Shown in pieces: positions 1-7,314 of a DNA stretch of 64,000 nucleotides (position 1 is the first letter of the stretch; each line of letters starts with the position of its first letter). The position numbers were made by a program, and so were the translations under genes. Below the pieces are notes generated by a model that was not told where the DNA came from, ran no database searches, and saw only the letters and a list, made by a program, of their open reading frames with translations. Source of the DNA: Actinomycetota bacterium (GTDB taxonomy: Bacteria > Actinomycetota > Actinomycetes > Actinomycetales > Microbacteriaceae); contig JAZBLP010000009.1 of NCBI GenBank assembly GCA_037033305.1, positions 187 to 64,186 of the forward strand. The letters are read 5' to 3'.

Positions 1-1125
1 CGCCGGCAGGTCCGCCGGCGGGTTGTCGACCACGAATCCCGAGACCACACCGCTCTCGGCGAGCGCGGTGTCGCCGTATCCCTCAGCGATGCACTTCAAC
101 CACGCGGCGGACTCTTCGTCGTAGTTCTTCTCGGCGAACATCACCGGGATGCCGACGTTCGCCGGGACCTGATCGATGCTGCCCTTTCCGCCATCCACCG
201 CGGGGAACCGGGCGAAGCCGATGTTGTCGGCCCCGATCTGGTTCTGCTCCTCGTCGTTGAAGTTCGCGAGTGCCCAGCTGCCCATGTAGAAGAACGCCGC
301 CTTGCCGCTGAGGAACAGGTTCATCGAGGCGTTGTAGTCGATCGAGCCGACTGCGTCGCCGAAGTACCCGGCGGTCCCCAGTTCCGCCACCGCGTCAGCG
401 GCGGCCACGTATTCGGAGTCGGTGAGCTTCGCATCGCCATCCGCGACCTTCTGCAGCGCATCCGGGCCGAGCGTGCGGAAGATGTAGTCGCCGACGAGGC
501 GAGTGACGGGCCAGCCGTCCTTTCCGGCGGTGGCGAACGGCTGGACCCCGGCATCGTTGAGCGTCGATGCCGCATCGACCAGATCGTCCCAGGTCTCGGG
601 CTCCTCGATCCCGTTCTGCTCGAGGATGTCCTTGTTGTACCAGAATCCTTCGATGTTGAATTCGGTCGGCAGGGCGTACAGCGCACCGTCGCCGTAGAGG
701 GCCTTCACGGTCGACTCGGCGGCGGGCAGCAATCGGTCGGAGACTCCCTGCTCGTCGAGCGCCTTCGAGAGGTCGAGCACCTTGCCGCCCTCGATGAACT
801 CCGACATGAGCGCAGGGGTGCCGGCGGCCATCTGCATGTCCGACAGACCGTCCTGGCTCGCGAGCAGCTGGAGCTGCTGGTCCCACTGGGTGCCCGAGAT
901 GTCGTCCGACTCCAGAGGTGCGGCGTCGGCGGCGGCCTTGCACTGGTCGCCGGCGAGGGCCTGGAGCGTGTCGATGATCGTGGTGTTCTCGGTCTGGCCG
1001 AGGTATGTGAACTTTCCGGATTCCGAACCCCCACCGCCCGAGCCTCCGCCCGAGCAGGCCGAGAGGGCGAGAGCGCCCACGCCGATGAGCGCGATCGCGG
1101 GGGCCAGGCGACGGGCGCGCCTCAT
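1..1125 (-). CDS. ABC-type carbohydrate/solute-binding lipoprotein (C-terminus cut by window edge)
   Basis: Absent from the supplied track. My translation of the minus strand from ATG 1125 (alternative in-frame GTG 1137, 4 nt after AGGAGG) gives MRRARRLAPAIALIGVGALALSACSGGGSGGGG.. (signal peptide + LSAC lipobox) and stays open to nt 1. Internal FWYNKDILEQNGIEEPETWDDL and FFYMGSWA are typical of family-1 sugar-binding proteins. Track ORFs 321..686, 395..1213 and 705..1034 are Arg/Pro-rich off-frame artefacts. Confidence 0.8.
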   Translation of the reverse strand, partial: MRRARRLAPAIALIGVGALALSACSGGGSGGGGSESGKFTYLGQTENTTIIDTLQALAGDQCKAAADAAPLESDDISGTQWDQQLQLLASQDGLSDMQMAAGTPALMSEFIEGGKVLDLSKALDEQGVSDRLLPAAESTVKALYGDGALYALPTEFNIEGFWYNKDILEQNGIEEPETWDDLVDAASTLNDAGVQPFATAGKDGWPVTRLVGDYIFRTLGPDALQKVADGDAKLTDSEYVAAADAVAELGTAGYFGDAVGSIDYNASMNLFLSGKAAFFYMGSWALANFNDEEQNQIGADNIGFARFPAVDGGKGSIDQVPANVGIPVMFAEKNYDEESAAWLKCIAEGYGDTALAESGVVSGFVVDNPPADLPA

Positions 1126-1166
1126 TGCTGTAGTCACTGTTCCTCCTTGAAGAGCGACGCCTCTTT

Positions 1167-1178
1167 TGAAGCGCTTCA
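1167..1178. promoter_or_regulatory. Candidate LacI-family operator, perfect palindrome TGAAGCGCTTCA (copy 1)
   Basis: Read directly in the divergent spacer between the binding-protein gene and the LacI gene. The palindrome has a central CG-rich core and resembles LacI/GalR/cre-type operators (TGnAAGCGCTTnCA). Confidence 0.6.
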
Positions 1179-1232
1179 TTTAAACCATCCCATACGAAAA
1201 AAGGGCATGTCAAGAGAGTGACGCATCAGAAA

Positions 1233-1244
1233 TGAAGCGCTTCA
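1233..1244. promoter_or_regulatory. Candidate LacI-family operator, perfect palindrome TGAAGCGCTTCA (copy 2)
   Basis: Identical 12-mer 66 bp from copy 1 (start to start), in the same spacer. Confidence 0.6.
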
Positions 1245-1305
1245 CGAGTAGCGATGCTCTAGAGTTGAAGGGCCAGGTCATGGCGACGATGCCGAGGAGG
1301 ATGAC

Positions 1306-2352
1306 GTGACCGACACTCCCCCGCACGGGCGCACGAAGCCCAGCATGGCCGACGTCGCCGCGCACGCGGGAGTGGCCCTGGGCACAGTGTCCAACACCCT
1401 CAACAATCCTGAGAAGGTGCGGGAGGCGACCCGTCGCAAGGTGCTGTCATCGATCGCCGAGCTCGGATTCGTGCGCAACGACGCGGCGCGCTCGCTCGCC
1501 GCGGGGAACAGCACCTCGGTCGGACTCGTGCTCGCCGACCTCGGGAACTCCTTCTTCGTCGACATCGCACGCGGCGCGGAACGCGCGCTGCGTCGCCACA
1601 AGATGGACGTCCTCATCGTCAACTCCGACGTCGACCCCGACCGCGAGGTTCACAACCTCGAGCTCCTCGACCGCTCCCGCGTGGCCGGCATCATCCTCGC
1701 GCCCCTCGACACGGCGCTGGCGAAGTCGCCGCATCCGGAGAATCGCGCCACACCGACCGTCCTGGTGAACTTCGAATCGCCCTCGCTGGCGTACCCGGGC
1801 GTCACCGTCGACGAACGTCACGGGGGAGCACTCGCCGCCTCGCACCTGATCGCGCTCGGCCGCCGACGTCTGCTCTTCGTCGGCGGACCACGGTTCCTCA
1901 CCGCAGTGAATCAACGATGGGAGGGTGCCGAGCAGGCCACCGCCGCCCACCCGGGCGCAAGCATCGAGATCCTCGAGACACGCGGGGTGAACATCCGGCA
2001 CGGACGGGATGCCGGCAGGCAGATTCTCGCACGCGGACCGGGCACCTACGACGCCATCGTGGCGGCATCCGACCTGGTGGCCATCGGTCTCATCCAGATC
2101 CTCAACGAGGTGCCGGGATTCTCCGTGCCGAGCGACATCGCCATCACCGGCTACGACAACAATCACTTCGCCTCCGAGAGTGCCATCCCGATCAGCACGG
2201 TGAGTCAGCCGGGCGAAGAGATGGGGGCCGTCGCGGCAGATCTCCTGCTGGAGCGCATCGCCGATCCGGCCGCGGCGGCACGCAGCGTGACCCTCGAGCC
2301 TCGTCTGCTCCCCCGCACTTCCACCCTCGGCGAGATGTGGCGCAGGGACTGA
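1306..2352 (+). CDS. LacI family transcriptional regulator
   Basis: Track ORF, GTG start. N-terminal HTH MADVAAHAGVALGTVSNTLNNPEKVREATRRKVLSSIAELGFVRNDAARSL, followed by a periplasmic-binding-protein-like core. Confidence 0.9.
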   Translation: MTDTPPHGRTKPSMADVAAHAGVALGTVSNTLNNPEKVREATRRKVLSSIAELGFVRNDAARSLAAGNSTSVGLVLADLGNSFFVDIARGAERALRRHKMDVLIVNSDVDPDREVHNLELLDRSRVAGIILAPLDTALAKSPHPENRATPTVLVNFESPSLAYPGVTVDERHGGALAASHLIALGRRRLLFVGGPRFLTAVNQRWEGAEQATAAHPGASIEILETRGVNIRHGRDAGRQILARGPGTYDAIVAASDLVAIGLIQILNEVPGFSVPSDIAITGYDNNHFASESAIPISTVSQPGEEMGAVAADLLLERIADPAAAARSVTLEPRLLPRTSTLGEMWRRD

Positions 2353-2387
2353 TCCGCGAGTCCGATACCGCTGGCCTGGACAACGCA

Positions 2388-2417
2388 AAACCCCCGCCGC
2401 TTTCGCGACGGGGGTTT
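2388..2417 (+). terminator. Intrinsic terminator-like hairpin after the LacI gene
   Basis: AAACCCCCG (2388-2396) pairs with CGGGGGTTT (2409-2417) across a 12-nt loop and ends in a T run. Confidence 0.55.
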
Positions 2418-2424
2418 CAGCTGA

Positions 2425-2463
2425 TGTGCGCCCGAAGGGACTCGAACCCCTAACCCTCTGATC
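2425..2463. repeat. att direct repeat, distal copy (orphan 3' fragment of tRNA-Arg)
   Basis: tgtgcgcccgaagggactcgaacccctaaccCtctgatc matches 8611-8649 at 38 of 39 positions. Only the 3' part of the tRNA is present here. Confidence 0.9.
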
Positions 2464-2736
2464 GCTTAGGCCTGAAATCGGCCGGAATTGTGCGTGAAGG
2501 TCCGTAGCCGAGACGGTCAGTAATCCCTGGTCAGAAGCCTGATTCTAGAAAATGGGCGCTACGTCCAGTTCCGCACCCTCTCGAAATCATCCTGACTGAA
2601 TCCTGACTGGAGCGGATGCGGCTACCCATGCCGCGAGACGCCTAGATGGTGCACCTGTGCACGAAATCATGTGCCGTTCAGAGCAAGTCTCGATGGCGCA
2701 GAGCCGCCCATTTAGGCCCACCCAGTTCGCTCGATA

Positions 2737-3411
2737 GTGATGAGCATGATGACTCACCGCGAAGCAGTAGCCGAACTCGAAGACCTCCGATTGTCGCAAG
2801 AGGACCGAGAGCGGATCAGGGGCGTGCTGACCCGCTGTGCTCGTCGCAGAGATGACCTGACCCGCCGACCGGCTATCGAGGAGGCCCGCGAGTTGGATGC
2901 CATCTACCGCGCCGGTCTCAGGGCGAAGTACGGAACCCTCATCGAGCGCGCCAGGTCCGCGATGCTGACCGATACCGCCTACGCCGTGGCGCTCGCTGAA
3001 TCAGCGGCGGCGAATGAGCGCCGCATCGAGTTCCGCGCCGATCCCGCACAGCAGGAAGCCGACGCCCTCCGCCTACACGCACAAGGCGCAGGACTGGATG
3101 AGATTCGGCGCGCTACTCGCATGGGCAAGGCCAGGATCAGCGAACTACTCAAGACCATCCCTGAGAAGCCGCAGAAGGCCCCTCAGAGCGTCGAGCGGGT
3201 GCGAGCCGACAGCCACACGCCCCGACCGGTGACGGTGCGCTACGTCGAGCCAACCAAGGCGCTCGACGGCGAGCAGGTCGCGCCCGGTCAGCACGGCACT
3301 CTACCGATGTACACCAACAAGAAATGTCGCTGTGACCTTTGTCGAGCCGCCGCCACCGAGTACGCGCGCCAGCGCCGCGAGCGCAAGCGTTCTGCGAATT
3401 CACCCAAGTAA
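2737..3411 (+). CDS. Hypothetical protein with internal HTH-like segment and C-terminal CxCxxC motif
   Basis: Track ORF. Contains GLDEIRRATRMGKARISELLK (HTH-like) and C-terminal HGTLPMYTNKKCRCDLCRAAATEYARQRRERKR. Confidence 0.65.
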   Translation: MMSMMTHREAVAELEDLRLSQEDRERIRGVLTRCARRRDDLTRRPAIEEARELDAIYRAGLRAKYGTLIERARSAMLTDTAYAVALAESAAANERRIEFRADPAQQEADALRLHAQGAGLDEIRRATRMGKARISELLKTIPEKPQKAPQSVERVRADSHTPRPVTVRYVEPTKALDGEQVAPGQHGTLPMYTNKKCRCDLCRAAATEYARQRRERKRSANSPK

Positions 3412-3426
3412 CACGTAAACATAAAT

Positions 3427-3460
3427 GACCCCCGCCATGCCGGGAAGCTCAGCGGGGGTC
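3427..3460 (+). terminator. Hairpin after ORF 2737..3411
   Basis: GACCCCCGC (3427-3435) pairs with GCGGGGGTC (3452-3460) across a 16-nt loop. Confidence 0.5.
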
Positions 3461-3475
3461 GAATGGAGATGAAGC

Positions 3476-4231
3476 ATGACCAGTCTACCTGGCAATAACA
3501 ACTCGATGGCCCATAAGGGTGATCAGCTAACCTATGGGGAAGAAAAAGAATTCCCTGGTCAGAATGCAATTCACCCTGCTCGTATAAGCTACCCCTTGGG
3601 GGGAGAACAAGAGGTAGAGAGAGAATACAGGAAACCTAAGAGAATCCCCGCCGTCAGGCGGCTAGTGCTCCGTGATGAATCCAGCTTCCGGAACTCGAAG
3701 AACTCTTCTCGTGTGACGAACTCCGACAGGATCAACACGTATGCAATCAAGCTTGCCTACGACTACCTGAACCGTAGCTATCACTATGAGAACAAGAAAA
3801 TGCGATCTGTCGATGATGTGACCTCGCATCTGTTCTCAATCTTGGTAGACCGGCTCAAGCCCGACTACGAGACAGAGCGCGGCATGAAGGGCGTGATGAC
3901 CTACCCGATGGTTGAGCGCTACGCACAGCGCGCCGCAGAGTACGCCGTCGATGCATGGCGACCTGACTACTACGAACTGCAAGACCGGAAGGGTGCCAAG
4001 GGTGGACGCAAGAGCAAGCGTAAGCCTGAGTACACCTACCGTGACTTCCTGGCCGTCGAAGGCCTGACCCACGCCGAAGCCGCCGCCGTGCTGGGGGTTG
4101 CACCGATCACTGTTCGCAGGATGAGGGAGCGTTACAAGAAGGCTTCGCCGGTAACGGGTGACTTCCTCCCACCAGCAATCGAGCCGACGACGACGGGGCC
4201 GACCGTGGAAGAACTCATGAATTGCCTCTGA
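3476..4231 (+). CDS. Hypothetical protein with C-terminal HTH (possible replication/regulatory protein of the element)
   Basis: Track ORF in a lower-GC stretch, with GGAGA upstream of the ATG. The C-terminus LTHAEAAAVLGVAPITVRRMRERYKK resembles sigma70-region-4/HTH. There is a basic patch KGAKGGRKSKRK. Confidence 0.6.
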   Translation: MTSLPGNNNSMAHKGDQLTYGEEKEFPGQNAIHPARISYPLGGEQEVEREYRKPKRIPAVRRLVLRDESSFRNSKNSSRVTNSDRINTYAIKLAYDYLNRSYHYENKKMRSVDDVTSHLFSILVDRLKPDYETERGMKGVMTYPMVERYAQRAAEYAVDAWRPDYYELQDRKGAKGGRKSKRKPEYTYRDFLAVEGLTHAEAAAVLGVAPITVRRMRERYKKASPVTGDFLPPAIEPTTTGPTVEELMNCL

Positions 4232-4387
4232 TAAGCGCTGTGCGCCATTCTGAGCGCCTAACGCGCATTGTCAGGTATCCGTGGACCTGGAGAGAATTGC
4301 ACGCCCGCGCAGATCGCTTACAAAAGAATCTCAGAAAAAGGTGAGAATTGGTGCACTTCTCGCTTGCTCCGCGCGATAGTAGTGATT

Positions 4388-4473
4388 GAGGAAGTGCAGA
4401 GCGGTAACGGCATTCGGCTCGTCTAACCTTCACCGAATGCCGCACGAAAGCTTAAGATTCTCTGCACTTCCTC
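4388..4473. repeat. Nested perfect inverted repeats (14-bp outer stem, 10-bp inner stem); ori-like or structured-RNA element
   Basis: Outer stem: GAGGAAGTGCAGAG (4388-4401) / CTCTGCACTTCCTC (4460-4473). Inner stem: CGGCATTCGG (4408-4417) / CCGAATGCCG (4433-4442). A third partial copy GTGCACTTCTC lies at 4351-4361. Confidence 0.7.
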
Positions 4474-4492
4474 CCAGATTTCAAGGATATTC

Positions 4493-5005
4493 ATGGGAAG
4501 AACGAGTTCGGTGGCCACTCATCCGCAAGTGGCGCGCATCAATTCGATGCTGGATGACGGCGTGACCTATGCGGAAATTGCTCGCACCGTAGGTGGCACG
4601 AGCACGGCAGGAGTCGGGCGCTACGCACTTTCTCGAAAAGGCGAGCTTGCGCGCGTGCTCGACGGTGAGCCGACGACGGCGAACGTGCTCACGCGACTGA
4701 TCGAAGCCGCTGACCACGCCCGAGATTCCCGCCGACTGGCCAAGGCGACCGGTAGCCCCGTCCACCAAGCTCGAATGATCAAGGCCGAATCCGATGTCCT
4801 CACCAAGCTCATTGACGAGCTAGGCATCACGGATACATCCGTGGCCGAGTACGTGGCCGAGGCCGAGTTGTTCACCAAAGCCGTGCAAGTCATGATCCGC
4901 CGCGATCACCAAGCCGGACTTGCTCTGCTCAACGCCGTAGATAGCTTTCCCGAACTAGAGCCGTTCGCCCGAACGCTCGCTAAGTACCTAGGAATCAAAC
5001 GATGA
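4493..5005 (+). CDS. Hypothetical protein with N-terminal HTH-like segment
   Basis: Track ORF. Contains DDGVTYAEIARTVGGTSTAGVGRYAL. It is the first of four translationally coupled genes. Confidence 0.6.
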   Translation: MGRTSSVATHPQVARINSMLDDGVTYAEIARTVGGTSTAGVGRYALSRKGELARVLDGEPTTANVLTRLIEAADHARDSRRLAKATGSPVHQARMIKAESDVLTKLIDELGITDTSVAEYVAEAELFTKAVQVMIRRDHQAGLALLNAVDSFPELEPFARTLAKYLGIKR

Positions 5006-5409
5006 CCGACAAGAGCATCACCATTCACGCCAGGAGCACGGGGCTAACCGTGCCGCAGGTCACAGAAGCGGGAGACGCCGCTCCCGGCATCGTCCTCTAT
5101 CAGGGCCAGACGATCACCCTGACCCCTGCACAGGTGGACGCTACCCGCGACCGCCTAGGCAGAACATGGCTGGAGTACGACGACGCGACCCAGTGCCAGA
5201 AGTGGGGCATGGTCAAGTTCGGGATCGGACCGGCACCCGAGGGAATGGGTATCGGGGAGGACGATGACCACCTGTGGTTCAAGCGCGCGATCACCGCGCT
5301 CGACGCCGCGAAGAAGATCACGAACCCCGTTGAGCGCAAGGCCGCACTTCAGGCCGTGAACGCTGAGTTCGGCAAGTACCTCGTAGACCTGCATCAGGAC
5401 TCCCGATGA
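5002..5409 (+). CDS. Hypothetical protein
   Basis: Track ORF. Its start overlaps the previous stop (ATGA at 5002-5005). Confidence 0.55.
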   Translation: MTDKSITIHARSTGLTVPQVTEAGDAAPGIVLYQGQTITLTPAQVDATRDRLGRTWLEYDDATQCQKWGMVKFGIGPAPEGMGIGEDDDHLWFKRAITALDAAKKITNPVERKAALQAVNAEFGKYLVDLHQDSR

Positions 5410-5555
5410 ATCCGACGGACGCCGCATTCCTCGCCACACTCGACGCCCTCCTCGCACACATGCAGGGCGAGATTCAACTAACAGAGGCCGAAGTCGAAGA
5501 CCTCGATGTGACGGTGCGCACACTCGCACAGATCGGAACGACCAATGGCAATTGA
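5406..5555 (+). CDS. Small hypothetical protein (49 aa, below the track cut-off)
   Basis: My translation: MNPTDAAFLATLDALLAHMQGEIQLTEAEVEDLDVTVRTLAQIGTTNGN*. There is an ATGA overlap with the upstream gene, and its stop overlaps the next ATG (ATGGCAATTGA). Confidence 0.45.
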   Translation: MNPTDAAFLATLDALLAHMQGEIQLTEAEVEDLDVTVRTLAQIGTTNGN

Positions 5556-5769
5556 CGACGCATGGCTGAGGGCCATCATCGCGGACAACAAGGAAGCTGA
5601 GCGCGCCGCTGAGGCTGACAAGAAGAACTTCTATCAGTGGACTGAGGCGGACATCGCCAAGGCGCTGGACCCGAACAATCGCGAAGTGCGCCGCCTGACT
5701 TCCGCTCCGGCACAGAATCCCGAGGTCGAACGCCTGGCAGGGTTGCTAGGCGACCTCCTCGACAAGTAG
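5545..5769 (+). CDS. Hypothetical protein
   Basis: Track ORF (74 aa), last gene of the coupled quartet, followed by a strong hairpin. Confidence 0.5.
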   Translation: MAIDDAWLRAIIADNKEAERAAEADKKNFYQWTEADIAKALDPNNREVRRLTSAPAQNPEVERLAGLLGDLLDK

Positions 5770-5833
5770 AACTCTGCGCGCTCTTGTCGGGGCCGCGCAG
5801 ATCATCGCCCCGTGTCAGGCCGGGGCGACCTCC

Positions 5834-5877
5834 ACAGCCCTCCCGGCTTTTCGTCTAGGTCCAGCCGGGAGGGCTGT
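5834..5877 (+). terminator. Strong hairpin terminator (15-bp perfect stem)
   Basis: ACAGCCCTCCCGGCT (5834-5848) pairs with AGCCGGGAGGGCTGT (5863-5877) across a 14-nt loop. Confidence 0.65.
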
Positions 5878-5904
5878 CCTATGCCCATCTCAAAACCATG
5901 ACTT

Positions 5905-6015
5905 TGAGACATCCGTTACACCCGATGGCTAGTTGTACGGATAGCGGCTATTCTCCGTCTCGAAAGCTGTATCTGTGACTTGTCTCAGAAGTGTGTAACG
6001 GATACAGTGTGAGAC
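5905..6015. promoter_or_regulatory. Inverted/direct repeat cluster directly upstream of the serine recombinase gene (candidate res/recombination or operator site)
   Basis: ATCCGTTACAC (5911-5921) is the reverse complement of GTGTAACGGAT (5993-6003). TGAGACA (5905-5911) is the reverse complement of TGTCTCA (5981-5987). TGAGAC recurs at 6010-6015. Confidence 0.5.
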
Positions 6016-6597
6016 ATGACCACTCAGAAGACGTTCGGCTACATCCGAGTCTCGACCGCCGCGCAGAACCTCGACCGTCAGACGGATGCTCTCGTGGCGG
6101 CTGGCATCGACCCCGCCGACATCTACGCCGACAAGATCAGCGGCGTGAAGACCACTCGCCCCGGTCTCGATGACCTCCTCAGCAGAGTTCGCGACGGGGA
6201 CCGTATACAGGTGACCTCGCTTGACCGTCTGGGACGCTCTGCCCTGCACGTGCTCAGCACGATTGCCGAGCTTGAGGAACGCGGCGTCACCGTGCTCAGC
6301 CTCAAGGATGGCGAGAACATGACCGGCGCGACGGGCAAGCTCATGCGCGGCCTCATGACCCTTATGGCTGAGTGGGAGCGCGAGATGAACGCCGAGCGCG
6401 TTGCAGAGGCTAGGGCCGCTCGTGCCGCTCGTGCTCAGGCGGGTGAGCAGGTAGCAGGACGGCCACGTACGGCCCTCTCCCCGTCGAAGGTGGCAGAGGT
6501 ACACAAGCTCAAGGCCAAGGGCCGCACGCCCTCTGAAATCGCCAAGCTGGCAGGCATGAGCCGCGCGAGCGTATACCGCGCTCTGAGCGCCACCTGA
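6016..6597 (+). CDS. Small serine recombinase (resolvase/invertase family) with C-terminal HTH
   Basis: Track ORF. Contains FGYIRVSTAAQNLDRQ (catalytic Ser motif), LDRLGRS, and C-terminal GRTPSEIAKLAGMSRASVYRAL. Confidence 0.9.
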   Translation: MTTQKTFGYIRVSTAAQNLDRQTDALVAAGIDPADIYADKISGVKTTRPGLDDLLSRVRDGDRIQVTSLDRLGRSALHVLSTIAELEERGVTVLSLKDGENMTGATGKLMRGLMTLMAEWEREMNAERVAEARAARAARAQAGEQVAGRPRTALSPSKVAEVHKLKAKGRTPSEIAKLAGMSRASVYRALSAT

Positions 6598-6600
6598 GGC

Positions 6601-6993
6601 CTATGGAAGGGTGATTCGCTCCGTGGGGCCGTCAGTCTCCGTAGCCGTTGCTGAACCCTTCGACTGTGACGGCTCTGGCCACTCATCGAGCAGTGCAGAG
6701 AGCCGATCCCGCTCGCGCTCCAAGAGCTTCCGGTGATCCTGCCCGTGCACCCTAGCCCAAGCGGGGAACTTTGGCTTATCCATGAGCCTGCCCAGCCGTT
6801 CGCTCGTCGTCAGGTACTCGATACGGAAGCTGGCCAGTTCCCGCGCCCATTGCGTCCGCTGGCGAGCTTCCCACTGCTCGATGCTGTCGCCCCTATGCGC
6901 CGCCGTCCTGCACTTGGATGAGCAGAACCTGGCATCACTCCGCCGCGCCTTGAACTCGCGTCCACATCTGTTACACGTCACGTTGTGTGTCAC
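6601..6993 (-). CDS. Hypothetical zinc-ribbon protein
   Basis: Track ORF, GTG start. N-terminal CNRCGREFKARRSDARFCSSKCR carries four Cys arranged as CxxC..CxxxC. Confidence 0.55.
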   Translation of the reverse strand: MTHNVTCNRCGREFKARRSDARFCSSKCRTAAHRGDSIEQWEARQRTQWARELASFRIEYLTTSERLGRLMDKPKFPAWARVHGQDHRKLLERERDRLSALLDEWPEPSQSKGSATATETDGPTERITLP

Positions 6994-7036
6994 AGTTAGG
7001 CCTCATCTCGGTTAATCTCATCGTATGGTGCAGTGC

Positions 7037-7231
7037 TCACGTCGCGTCACGCTCCCCGGCCTCAAGCCAAGCGTTCACATCGCTACGGCGGTAACGGATA
7101 CGCCCACCAGCGCGGATGAAGCGGGGACCCGTCCCGCGATAGCGCATCTGCGCAAGAGCAGGGACGGAGCGCCCGAGCAACGCGGCGAGCGTGGCAGGGG
7201 TCATGAGTTGTTCGTCTGTGTTCGTCGTCAT
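7037..7231 (-). CDS. xis: Excisionase / MerR-AlpA-type HTH DNA-binding protein
   Basis: Track ORF (64 aa). LMTPATLAALLGRSVPALAQMRYRGTGPRFIRAGGRIRYRRSDVNAWLE is the classic excisionase-family HTH. Divergent from the integrase gene. Confidence 0.8.
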   Translation of the reverse strand: MTTNTDEQLMTPATLAALLGRSVPALAQMRYRGTGPRFIRAGGRIRYRRSDVNAWLEAGERDAT

Positions 7232-7314
7232 GGTGCATCTATACGCACGACCTCGACCGTTTCCAAAAGGTCACCCAACTTAACGAATCGACCACTGAGC
7301 CGTAGGGATAGAGC

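Noticed and set aside
2425-2463. A second tRNA-Arg gene
   Set aside because: Only the 3' acceptor/T-arm portion is present. The sequence diverges at the anticodon stem, so it is the att duplicate.
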